Shown piece by piece: positions 47,234 through 55,861 of a stretch of DNA of 64,000 nt. The notes under the pieces are model-generated. The model saw only the letters and a program-made list of their open reading frames with translations. It made no database searches and was not told where the DNA came from. The stretch comes from Thermoproteus sp. (GTDB taxonomy: Archaea > Thermoproteota > Thermoprotei > Thermoproteales > Thermoproteaceae): contig JBMFIG010000002.1 in assembly GCA_049976425.1 (NCBI GenBank), positions 1-64,000 of the forward strand, written 5' to 3'. The position numbers were made by a program, and so were the translations under genes. Every line of letters starts with the position of its first letter. Within the stretch, counting starts at the first letter, position 1.

Positions 47234-47927
47234 GTTCGCGGTTTTCTTCTCGGTCGACGGCGGCGTGGGCAAGACGACGCTGGCGCTGGCCACCGCTTTT
47301 GAGAAGGAGAGGGTCCTCATAATAGATGCCGATTGGGAGAAGGCTGATCTATCCTCGATCTTCGGCGTTCCCAAAAGGCCCGGATGGCTCGCCGGCCGGT
47401 ACGGCAAGGACGTCTACGTGCATAAAGTTCGCCCAAACCTCTACGTGATACCCGGCTACGAGGCTGCTATGCTGTACCAGTCCGGCAAGATAGGCGACTC
47501 CGAGCTCTTCGAGGCGCTCTACGATACCCTAGTCGCGCTTCCCGACGCCTTGGCCGAGGAGCGTCTTCCGGTGGATACCGTGATTGTCGACACGCCGAAG
47601 GCGCTACAGCTGACGTGGATTGAGGCCTTGCAGAGGAAGCTCAAGGCGCTTATGTACTTCGTAGCCGATAGGCGGCTCGTCACGAGGATAGCCGATGTTA
47701 AGATGCAGATATACGGCAGATACATGCGCTACGCCTCGCTTATAGTGGCCAACATGTTGGAGAAGGGCGACGAGAAGGCCCCCGGTATAAAGATGGTAAA
47801 CGCGTTCTTGACGAGGGTCAAGATGCCCTCCGATTACTCAGCCGAGAGGATATACAAGGCGGTCTTAGGGGATCGGCGGAATAGAGAGGCGTTGTCGTTG
47901 TTGGTCAAGTGGATAAAAGAGAAGTGA
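47223..47927 (+). CDS. MinD/ParA-family ATPase (TadZ/CpaE-like)
   Basis: SVDGGVGKTT, VLIIDAD, NLYVIPG and VIVDTP. Start moved to ATG 47223. Confidence 0.85.
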   Translation: MRTKFAVFFSVDGGVGKTTLALATAFEKERVLIIDADWEKADLSSIFGVPKRPGWLAGRYGKDVYVHKVRPNLYVIPGYEAAMLYQSGKIGDSELFEALYDTLVALPDALAEERLPVDTVIVDTPKALQLTWIEALQRKLKALMYFVADRRLVTRIADVKMQIYGRYMRYASLIVANMLEKGDEKAPGIKMVNAFLTRVKMPSDYSAERIYKAVLGDRRNREALSLLVKWIKEK

Positions 47928-47928
47928 G

Positions 47929-49530
47929 ATGTCTTTGGCAGGTGCTCTGTTTGCCAAGGCCGATAACTCGTTGTTGGATAGGTGCGTGTTGTTCAAGAAA
48001 GGCGTGATGGTCTACCGCAATTACGCCACCGACATCTGCATAACAGACGACGGAGAGTACGTGGTGGTCGATCCGCAGTTGCCGGATGTTCTCGAGAAGG
48101 CCCTCGCGTTAACTGCGCTTCGTGGCGCCGTGCCGCCCGATTACGGGGAATACGACAAGGCAATAAAAGACGCGTTGCTGGCACTGGCGCCGAGCCGAGG
48201 CGTAGCCGGCTGGCGGTGGTATAGAAACGCCTTGCGGACATATAGAGAGCATAGAGAGCTCGTTCACTACTTCCTGGACAGATGGAGCGGACACGGCGAG
48301 TTCGGCGGCTACGGCGTGCTGGAGGCGCCTATGAGGGACGATCTACTGACCGAGATCGCCGTACCGCAACCCCTGGCGCCTCCAGGCAGGTGGAGCGAGC
48401 TTCCACGCAATCCGTTAGAGCTCTTGGACAAAATATACGCGGAGATGGTCGAGCTGGGGCGCTACCGGCGCGTCGTCGCGATCCGCAACGAGGCGCGAAT
48501 GCCCACTAACGTGGTGGTGCCGGAGGCCTTCATGCCCATATTGGTGAAGAAGCTGGTGCCGAGCTTGACCCTCGAGCGGCCGTTCCAGACCAGAGAGGAT
48601 CCCGTATATCGGCTCAGAATAGCGGCGGATCTGCTCGAGTACAACGTGAATATAAGGAAGATGAGCGAGCCGCCGCGGCCCTCGGCGGGCCTCATTAAGG
48701 TGTACGAGCGCCCGCGCCGTCTCGAGGACTCGGAGAGCCGGCCGAACGTCCAAGACCTCTCTGCTCTAGAGGTCTTCGCGCTGGCCACCATAGCAGCTGA
48801 GGCGAGATGGACGGTGATATTCTCAGGGGCCATGGGCACCGGCAAAACCACCCAGCTGAACCTCTTGCTCTACTTCATCCCGCCGTGGATGCAAGTCGTC
48901 ATCATAGAGAGAGGCGCGCGGGAGATCTGGGCGCCTCTGGAGGGCCAGATCCTCCACATATCGGTCCCCTCGGAGTCGAGGCTCATGGACGCTCTGGATC
49001 AAGCCCTCCGCTACGGCACCATGGCCACCATAGTGACTCTGGCAGAGGCCAGGACCAGCCAGGAACTTAACTTCTTAGTTTCCTACAAGTTGACGGGCCA
49101 CGGCGGGCTGACGACGATGCACGCCGACACCATACACGACGCCCTTCTGCGTATAAAGAGGTCGGGCGCCCCTGTCGAGGCCCTCGCAAACACCATGATT
49201 CTGCAACTAGGAGTATCCGGAGGCGAGAGGTATCTAAAAGAATGGAAGGCGTTGATAGCGCTGGGCGGAGAGGTGGCGGAGGCGCCTGTGGCCGATGTGT
49301 TGGGCCTTCTGAACGCCTACACCAAGTCCACATACGATACCAAGATCCTCGACGAGGTGAGGACGAGGGCCGGTCTACTTAAGGCGATCGCGTCCAAGGA
49401 GCTGGAGCCTCTCGAGGCGCGAGAGGCTGTACTGAAGCTCTTCTCCCGTAGAGAGATATCGGTGGTCGACGACGCCGTAAAGCACGGCTATCAGCTGGAA
49501 GGTAGATATTTCCATGAAGCTCAAGTTTAG
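47929..49530 (+). CDS. Type IV pilus/secretion assembly ATPase (TadA/VirB11/ArlI family)
   Basis: GYGVLE..M.D..LTEI, NIRK, Walker A SGAMGTGKTT, VIIE, LR...LAEAR and His box TGHGGLTTMHA. Confidence 0.92.
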   Translation: MSLAGALFAKADNSLLDRCVLFKKGVMVYRNYATDICITDDGEYVVVDPQLPDVLEKALALTALRGAVPPDYGEYDKAIKDALLALAPSRGVAGWRWYRNALRTYREHRELVHYFLDRWSGHGEFGGYGVLEAPMRDDLLTEIAVPQPLAPPGRWSELPRNPLELLDKIYAEMVELGRYRRVVAIRNEARMPTNVVVPEAFMPILVKKLVPSLTLERPFQTREDPVYRLRIAADLLEYNVNIRKMSEPPRPSAGLIKVYERPRRLEDSESRPNVQDLSALEVFALATIAAEARWTVIFSGAMGTGKTTQLNLLLYFIPPWMQVVIIERGAREIWAPLEGQILHISVPSESRLMDALDQALRYGTMATIVTLAEARTSQELNFLVSYKLTGHGGLTTMHADTIHDALLRIKRSGAPVEALANTMILQLGVSGGERYLKEWKALIALGGEVAEAPVADVLGLLNAYTKSTYDTKILDEVRTRAGLLKAIASKELEPLEAREAVLKLFSRREISVVDDAVKHGYQLEGRYFHEAQV

Positions 49531-49783
49531 GAACAACAACGATGGAGATCCCGAGATCAGCCTCGACGGCCAGCTAGAGCTAGGGCTGGCCGACCGCGAC
49601 GACCGCGAGGGCGATTGGGCCCTCCAGCTACTCAAGTCCCTACAGAGAGCGCCGCAGGAGATAGTCGACAAGCTAGACAGCGAACTGCTCGGGGCTGTCT
49701 TGAGGGAGGTCGCGAAGTCGGGAGGCGACGCAGGCGCGGTGGCGCGGCTGGCGCTTTCGTTGCTCGAGAGGTGTGGGAAATGA
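49514..49783 (+). CDS. Hypothetical acidic protein
   Basis: 89 aa, overlapping the ATPase stop and the next start (ATGA). Confidence 0.65.
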   Translation: MKLKFRNNNDGDPEISLDGQLELGLADRDDREGDWALQLLKSLQRAPQEIVDKLDSELLGAVLREVAKSGGDAGAVARLALSLLERCGK

Positions 49784-50187
49784 AGGACTGCGAGAAGTTG
49801 ATAGAGGACGGATACACGAGGGAGGCCGCCGAGGAGTTATGCGATACGGCTAAGGCCATAGGGATTAAGCCGTCCAGACTAGCCGCCGCTGCGAGGAGGC
49901 TCGAGAAGGAGGGCATAGCGTTGTTGCCCTCCGATTGGCTTGTGGTGAAGGAGGTGTTGGACAAGGGCTTCTCGCTGTCCACTGTCGTGGACTACATAGT
50001 GAAAAGGCATAGGGCCGGCCTATCGCCGTCGCAGATAATCGAGGAGCTACCTATAGCGGCCAACAACTCGGTCAAGAGAAGCCATATCTTGGGCAACTTG
50101 CTTAAGGTGCTGGAGGCGCCCGAATACTTCGTCGTGGAGGAGGACGGCGCTAGGAAGAGCTTGTTGCAGTTGTTGAGGCGTCGATGA
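49780..50187 (+). CDS. Hypothetical helical protein
   Basis: 135 aa from ATG 49780, with ATGA coupling at both ends. Confidence 0.7.
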   Translation: MKDCEKLIEDGYTREAAEELCDTAKAIGIKPSRLAAAARRLEKEGIALLPSDWLVVKEVLDKGFSLSTVVDYIVKRHRAGLSPSQIIEELPIAANNSVKRSHILGNLLKVLEAPEYFVVEEDGARKSLLQLLRRR

Positions 50188-51407
50188 ATAGGGAGGAGTT
50201 CTACATATACATAGCGCCGATCTTTGCAACGTATCTATCCCACATGTCCTCCGTCGAGGCCCTGAGGCGCACGGCGGCCGAGGCGGAGAGCCTAGACCGG
50301 AAGCACTCGCGCGAGCTGTTGCTAGCCAGCTTGACCCCGAACCCCGCCTCGTTGCTCTCGTCAGACGGGCTCGCCGTGGTGAGGCAGTACGGCTTCGCTG
50401 TATCTCAAGAAGAGGCGGGAGTACCCCGCCAAGTCCTCGTGCAGTCCTTCCTGCAGGCTATGAAGTCGATAGCGCTGGGCCGTATAGAGGCCGCCATGCA
50501 ACACTTCGTGGGGCTCTTCTCATCTCTGTCCAGCCTTATGTTCGCGCCGCTGTTACTGCTCTTCCTGTACGCGTACGGCCTTCTGCCTCTCGATCTCTTC
50601 TCGTTGCTGGGCGTAGCGGGAGTCTTCTCGTCTATGATAGGCCTACTGATATACAGATCGATGCCGAAAGATCTATCGCCGACCAGGACCTACGGCCGTT
50701 CTATCTTCCTGGCGGCCTTAGCCGGGGGCGCGGCGATTTATCTATCCATTGTCTGGTCCCTTCCAATATCGCTCGGCGCCGTTGCGGCCGGCGCCGTGTT
50801 GGCCATCTGGCTTCTGGCCACGAAACGCGTGGGGTGGTTTAGGCTAGCCGCCGAGATACCTGCCATGTTGAGAGATTTCGCCTCGCGTATATCCCAAGGC
50901 ATTCCCGCAGACCTCGCGTTGAGGGAGGTATCGGCGACCTACAAGGTGGCCTGGATGATAGCGTACTTCTACGAAATACCGTCCCTCATGTTCTCGTTGG
51001 CCAGAGCCATGTTCAACGCGGTGAGCTGGGCCGGGCCGAGCTTAGAGGCCGTAGACTACGTCCAGACGATCCTTAGCGAAAAGGAAAGGGGGTTGAAGAG
51101 GGTCACCGCGCTCACCGCCATGTTCATAGCCATATATCTGGCGGCGTCGGTGATACTGGTCTATTCACTTGCGGTATCGGTAACGGCGTTGCAAGCCGTC
51201 CCGTCGACGGGACAGTCGTTGATATACCCGCTACCTCCCGACGAGGTGAGGTACGCGGCCGCGCAGTTGCTGTCGGCTATGGTCACAAGCTTTGTCGCCG
51301 TGATGTTGCTCCCCTCGAAAGGCATGTGGGCCGGTCTTCTAGCGGGCGGCCTCGCCGGCATGTCGTTCTTCTACCTAACGACGGCGTTGTGGTCGCTTTG
51401 GGCATGA
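50184..51407 (+). CDS. Pilus membrane platform protein (TadC/ArlJ-like)
   Basis: Two soluble-plus-TM repeats, EIPAMLRDFASRISQGIP...AL motif, located after the ATPase. Confidence 0.82.
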   Translation: MNREEFYIYIAPIFATYLSHMSSVEALRRTAAEAESLDRKHSRELLLASLTPNPASLLSSDGLAVVRQYGFAVSQEEAGVPRQVLVQSFLQAMKSIALGRIEAAMQHFVGLFSSLSSLMFAPLLLLFLYAYGLLPLDLFSLLGVAGVFSSMIGLLIYRSMPKDLSPTRTYGRSIFLAALAGGAAIYLSIVWSLPISLGAVAAGAVLAIWLLATKRVGWFRLAAEIPAMLRDFASRISQGIPADLALREVSATYKVAWMIAYFYEIPSLMFSLARAMFNAVSWAGPSLEAVDYVQTILSEKERGLKRVTALTAMFIAIYLAASVILVYSLAVSVTALQAVPSTGQSLIYPLPPDEVRYAAAQLLSAMVTSFVAVMLLPSKGMWAGLLAGGLAGMSFFYLTTALWSLWA

Positions 51408-51922
51408 GGGGCTTCTTGGCCTTGAAACAGATAGTCGTCGTGGCCGCATCGCTCGCGGCGATTGCCGTGATCGCGTTGGCGGTATATAGAGCTACTGTCG
51501 AGGTGAGGGCCGCATATCCCTTAGCCGAAATTGCCGTAGCGATCAAGTCCTTCAAGCCTGTGGCCGTCCCCGACTATGTGCCCGTCTACGTGGTGAAAAC
51601 CCATTACCAACGCTCGGGAGGGCGTTACGTGTTGTTGCCAGGCCCCTCGCCTCCGACGTGTAACGACTGCGTGCCGCCGGCAGGTTGGCTCTATGCCGTC
51701 TCGTTCGGGGCGAACGCATCGCCGATATACGGAGTTTACTACAACGCGGCGAACTACACTGTGTACGTCGGGAGAGCGGTGGTCGTAGCGCCCTATTTTG
51801 ACAACGGCACGCTCTATTATCTATACCCCATGTGCACGGGCGGCTACCGTTTTTCCGAAAGAGCGATCCACATAGATAATGTACCTATATCTATTACTAT
51901 AATTTTACTAGATTGCTCTTAA
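51404..51922 (+). CDS. Pilin-like protein (class III signal peptide)
   Basis: MRG|FLALKQIVVVAASLAAIAVIALAV followed by a beta-rich Cys-containing domain. Confidence 0.7.
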   Translation: MRGFLALKQIVVVAASLAAIAVIALAVYRATVEVRAAYPLAEIAVAIKSFKPVAVPDYVPVYVVKTHYQRSGGRYVLLPGPSPPTCNDCVPPAGWLYAVSFGANASPIYGVYYNAANYTVYVGRAVVVAPYFDNGTLYYLYPMCTGGYRFSERAIHIDNVPISITIILLDCS

Positions 51923-52017
51923 TAAATATATAATATTAATTAAGAATAAAAATATAATATATTTTTATCATAGATAACACGTCTGTTGTGGTGTGAACTT
52001 GTTGTTGCTGTTTTTCC

Positions 52018-52479
52018 ATGAGACGTCTAAAAGGACAGGCAGGCGGTATAGACGCGTTGATAATCATAGCCGTGGTGGTGGCCGTCGCCGCCATAATCGC
52101 GTTAGCCATGATGCGGATGGGCCAGTCGGCCTCTGCCAATACCAGGGCACAGGTGATAGCAACCATAGGTAGCAAGGTCATGACCGTGGAGGTCCAAGTC
52201 CTCAATGGGAAGCTCAACGCGCTCTATCTACAGTACTGGAAACAAGGTGAGTCGCCTAGCCCGCCTATCAACGGCACGTGCTATTACAACGGCACGAGCG
52301 GCTTCGTCAACAGTAGTTCCAGCAACATACAGCTCTACACCGGCCAATCCGCCGTGTGCTACTTTAGCCTTAACAATCTGGCATACGGCACGCAGTACAG
52401 CTACGTCATATACGGCGTCGACTCCAGCGGTAGGACTATCCAGCTGGCCCGCGGCGTGTTTACGGCAGGCGCCACCTAG
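52018..52479 (+). CDS. Candidate major type IV pilin
   Basis: MRRLKG|QAGGIDALIIIAVVVAVAAIIALAM, 153 aa, NGT/NGT/NSS sequons, with its own AT-rich upstream region (51920-51975). Confidence 0.82.
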   Translation: MRRLKGQAGGIDALIIIAVVVAVAAIIALAMMRMGQSASANTRAQVIATIGSKVMTVEVQVLNGKLNALYLQYWKQGESPSPPINGTCYYNGTSGFVNSSSSNIQLYTGQSAVCYFSLNNLAYGTQYSYVIYGVDSSGRTIQLARGVFTAGAT

Positions 52480-52763
52480 AGGCAGACGATCTCCAAAGAA
52501 TCCCCTTTTTCCGGCGGCCTTTCCTCTTTCGGTAGCTCGAGGGTATGCGCCGCCCTCGGCTCTCTGTGGGTCTTCCAAGGCTTTAGGTACAAGACGTCCA
52601 CTACACGCATCTCTTCGTCGAGGAATACTGCCCATATGGGCTCCAGCATGAGGAACGTGTGTATCGAGTTCACTCCAATTAAAAGGATCGGCCTAGGTCT
52701 GCGCAACATCAAGCCCAGCCCGCGCCTCAACCGATCCCTATAGCATTTCGCATATATTTCCAT
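52476..52763 (-). CDS. DUF192 family protein
   Basis: GLM, SIHTFLM..PI.AVFLD...VV...LKPW and TLELP. Confidence 0.85.
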   Translation of the reverse strand: MEIYAKCYRDRLRRGLGLMLRRPRPILLIGVNSIHTFLMLEPIWAVFLDEEMRVVDVLYLKPWKTHREPRAAHTLELPKEERPPEKGDSLEIVCL

Positions 52764-52790
52764 GGGAATAAGTAGAGGAGGGGGCGGGCC

Positions 52791-53069
52791 ATGGACGTCG
52801 ACGTACTAGCGATGGTGGTCGTTATGGCGCTGGCGCTCGCCGTATTAGCGCTTATACAGCCGGTGGAGCTGTCGTCGCCTTCGCTATCGGCGATCTACAG
52901 ATACTGGCCCCAGTACTACAACTACACTATCCACGGCGACGTAGCCGCCTTGAGGCCTCTGCTGTCCGGGCTGACATGCTGGCTCTACGCAGACGGTAGT
53001 TGGGTAGAGATATCGAGATCGGGAGGCCTTGGTCTATCGATATCGGTGCTGAACTTGACCTGTAGATAA
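52791..53069 (+). CDS. Small membrane-anchored pilin-like protein
   Basis: GAGGAGG upstream; MDVD then a TM and a small Cys-paired domain. Confidence 0.65.
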   Translation: MDVDVLAMVVVMALALAVLALIQPVELSSPSLSAIYRYWPQYYNYTIHGDVAALRPLLSGLTCWLYADGSWVEISRSGGLGLSISVLNLTCR

Positions 53070-53072
53070 TCC

Positions 53073-53399
53073 ATGGAGGAGCTGGTGGAGCTCGCCTCAG
53101 TGCTGGCCGTGGCCTCGCTGTCCGTTCTATTGATCTTCTTGACATACACCCACTTCACTTCATGGAGTCTGTGCGAGGCGGCGCGGCTCGCCTTGGGCCA
53201 CAACGGCTCTGCGTTTGTAGTCTCGGCATTCGGCGAGATCTCGTGCGATGGGTCCGGTTGCTATCTCGGTTGCGGCTTGTTCGTGCCGTCGTATCGGATA
53301 TACTACGTCGACGGAAAGCCGGCGATAGGCGGCGTGCCCGGCGTCGTGGTGGTCGGCACAACCCCCGACGGAAGGCTGTACATCCTGCCGAGGGGATGA
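53073..53399 (+). CDS. Small membrane-anchored pilin-like protein
   Basis: MEELVE then a TM and a 4-Cys domain. Confidence 0.65.
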   Translation: MEELVELASVLAVASLSVLLIFLTYTHFTSWSLCEAARLALGHNGSAFVVSAFGEISCDGSGCYLGCGLFVPSYRIYYVDGKPAIGGVPGVVVVGTTPDGRLYILPRG

Positions 53400-53866
53400 G
53401 AGGCCAGATCTCGTCGCCGGTGGCCGCCTCGATCTTCGCGCTCCTAGTGGCCGTACTGACGCTCTTCGCCTTCATGAAGCTTTCGTCGTTGCCTCACGGC
53501 GGCTATCTAGCGCCTCTATCGCCGCCGCAGGGCGGACCTGCCAGGTGGATACACGTTTTCTACCACAACGGAGAACTCTGGATGGTCGATGCGGAGACGC
53601 CGTCTCCTACGCTGGCCGAAATCGCTGTCGGCGTAAACGGGACGTGGGTGGCCACATTCTATCTATGGCCGGGTGGGTACAACTGTACCTATAACTCCTC
53701 CTTCGTGCTGGGCGGCGAACCTATATCCGCCTCGAACCCGTTGAGAATAGGGCCGGATCCCTACTCCGGGCTCTGGTGCCCGCCGCCGTGGAAGGGCGGA
53801 GGCGTCTGTTCGGCTACCGTCGTTGAGTCTAGGGGGAGACTTCTCCTGGCTAGATGTATTCCATGA
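53396..53866 (+). CDS. Minor pilin (class III signal peptide)
   Basis: MRG|QISSPVAASIFALLVAVLTLFAF from ATG 53396, with ATGA overlap. Confidence 0.75.
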   Translation: MRGQISSPVAASIFALLVAVLTLFAFMKLSSLPHGGYLAPLSPPQGGPARWIHVFYHNGELWMVDAETPSPTLAEIAVGVNGTWVATFYLWPGGYNCTYNSSFVLGGEPISASNPLRIGPDPYSGLWCPPPWKGGGVCSATVVESRGRLLLARCIP

Positions 53867-54954
53867 GAGGAGTACAGATAACGACTACTCTGATCGCGAC
53901 CGCGGCGCTAGCCGTGGCGGCGACAGTCGCGATCGCCTTAATTGTCGTCGGCGCGGCGTCGGCGGATCTTCCGAGCGCCACGGCGTCGGTGACCGAGCAG
54001 AACGGCGTAGTCGTGGCGTCGATAACCGTGTTGCGGGGCGCCCTATACGGCGTCGCGCTTATGTACAGAGCGCCGGACGGCTCGATGTGGTATGCGAGGC
54101 CGATATACTGTCTCGGCGCCCAGACGCGGACGACGGCGACCTCGGCCCTACTCGGGAGGCCTCTGTACGCAGGCCAGGGGGTAACATGCGCCTTCCAGAT
54201 GTGGTATCCGGCCGCCGGCGACTACGCCTTCGATCTTCTAGGCCTTGGAGAAAAGGGCGCAGTGAGCATCGTGAGGGGAGTCGTGGCCGCGGCGCGGGCC
54301 AACGGCTATTCCGGCCAACTGCCGGCGGGAAATCTCTACGGCGTGGGGCAGACGCCGTCCATAGGACTCACTAAGAACGGGTACAACTTCACGTCTATCT
54401 CGATATATTGGCCAAGTCGCGGATATCTAGCCGTCGAGGTTAAGTGGGGCTATACCAACTCGACGTGTGTAGCTGACGGGCTGTATGTATCCCTATTCGT
54501 CCCTCAGAGCGCCCGTAGCCTCGTCGCGCCTTCTGACGAGGGTCTCGGCGTATTGCCGTTCGGAGGCGCCGACTACGTGCCCGCGGGAGGCCCCCTGCAG
54601 CTCTTCGTACAGCTCAACCCCTACGACTACGGGCGCGAGGACGGATCTTTTGAGTTCGCTGTGATGAACTCGTCGGGAGGCAGAGGCGTTGTAAGGCCGG
54701 CTGGCTTCAACGGCCTCAAGTCGTGGCCGACGGAGATCTGGACCACTTATCTGCTGTACAACTCCTCGAGCAATACTCTGTTTGTCGAATGGGCGGCGCC
54801 CGACGCCTTCAGCGAGGCGTATACCTATAATCTGACTAGCTACGGCTTCGCCAGACCTCCGGCGGGGAACTACGCCGTCGTGATAGGGGTCGCCAACGGC
54901 GGATGTACTGCCGACTGGCGCGTGTACGATTACGCAATAGCGTCAGGGGGGTGA
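53863..54954 (+). CDS. Pilin-like protein with a C-terminal L-type lectin-like domain
   Basis: MRG|VQITTTLIATAALAVAATVAIALIVVG. The C domain has ADGLYVSLF...GLG...LFVQLNPY...LYNSSSNTL.V...VIGVANGG. Confidence 0.7.
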   Translation: MRGVQITTTLIATAALAVAATVAIALIVVGAASADLPSATASVTEQNGVVVASITVLRGALYGVALMYRAPDGSMWYARPIYCLGAQTRTTATSALLGRPLYAGQGVTCAFQMWYPAAGDYAFDLLGLGEKGAVSIVRGVVAAARANGYSGQLPAGNLYGVGQTPSIGLTKNGYNFTSISIYWPSRGYLAVEVKWGYTNSTCVADGLYVSLFVPQSARSLVAPSDEGLGVLPFGGADYVPAGGPLQLFVQLNPYDYGREDGSFEFAVMNSSGGRGVVRPAGFNGLKSWPTEIWTTYLLYNSSSNTLFVEWAAPDAFSEAYTYNLTSYGFARPPAGNYAVVIGVANGGCTADWRVYDYAIASGG

Positions 54955-55289
54955 TGGACCTATACATAGTGTCGGCCGCCGTCTCTCTAGCCGTCGCCGC
55001 CGTGATCGCCGGCGCGTTTCTTATGCATGTGGGCGTCCAGGCCGGCGCGCCCAGATGCTCAGATTGCGTATTTTACGTCGAGGGACCCGTTGCGCTGGTC
55101 CAGACGAACGGCTCCGCTTATCTGGTCCGCGGACCGGTGCTCACAAACTCGTCGATTATGGCCCAATACGCCTGGGCCTACGGACCCGACGGGCGTCCTC
55201 TAAGGCCTGGCGAGGAGCTCGTGTGCCCCGTCCTCATGCGCGTCGAGGTGATCGACGGGATAGCCTACGCCTTGTGCGTCGGGCGATGA
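54954..55289 (+). CDS. Small membrane-anchored pilin-like protein
   Basis: MDLY then a TM and a 4-Cys domain; TGATG coupling. Confidence 0.65.
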   Translation: MDLYIVSAAVSLAVAAVIAGAFLMHVGVQAGAPRCSDCVFYVEGPVALVQTNGSAYLVRGPVLTNSSIMAQYAWAYGPDGRPLRPGEELVCPVLMRVEVIDGIAYALCVGR

Positions 55290-55861
55290 GAGGCCAGTGG
55301 TCTCTTGCGTACGCCCTAGTGGCCGTCGCTGTCGTGGCCTGGACCGCGGCAGTCCTGTCGAGCTCGCACCCGCGCTACGTCCCGATAGACTACCCGCAGG
55401 TGCTCTACGAGCTGAAGCTGGAGTCCCTCGTGGCTTCCCAGATCCACTGTATCACGTACAACGCCACGCCGTCCTCGATCTACTGCAACGGCTCTGCCCT
55501 ATACCTCTCGGGAGTCAACAGATCCCTGCTGGTGTATTATCGAGGCGGCCTTGTGGCGGCGCGTCTGTCCAGATCGTGGGGGCCTATAAACTACACCCTA
55601 TATCTGGCCTTGGTAAACTGTACTAAGGCAATTGCGCAAAACGGCGGCGCGGCGCGGGTCTACTACATCGCGCTGTCGTCAACGCTCGACTATATGCCCG
55701 AGCTGTACGTCAACGCCACCGCGGCCGAGATAGCGGCCTTGGGCAAAGACGGCTATTATCTGTCGCCGCAGAGGGAATACCTCGTAGCGGTGTCTAGAGG
55801 CTCCCACATAGAGGTAGTGGACTTCCCTGTGTCGTTGACGATCAGTTGTGATATTCCATGA
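55286..55861 (+). CDS. Minor pilin (class III signal peptide)
   Basis: MRG|QWSLAYALVAVAVVAWTAAVL from ATG 55286, many NxT/S sequons. Confidence 0.75.
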   Translation: MRGQWSLAYALVAVAVVAWTAAVLSSSHPRYVPIDYPQVLYELKLESLVASQIHCITYNATPSSIYCNGSALYLSGVNRSLLVYYRGGLVAARLSRSWGPINYTLYLALVNCTKAIAQNGGAARVYYIALSSTLDYMPELYVNATAAEIAALGKDGYYLSPQREYLVAVSRGSHIEVVDFPVSLTISCDIP

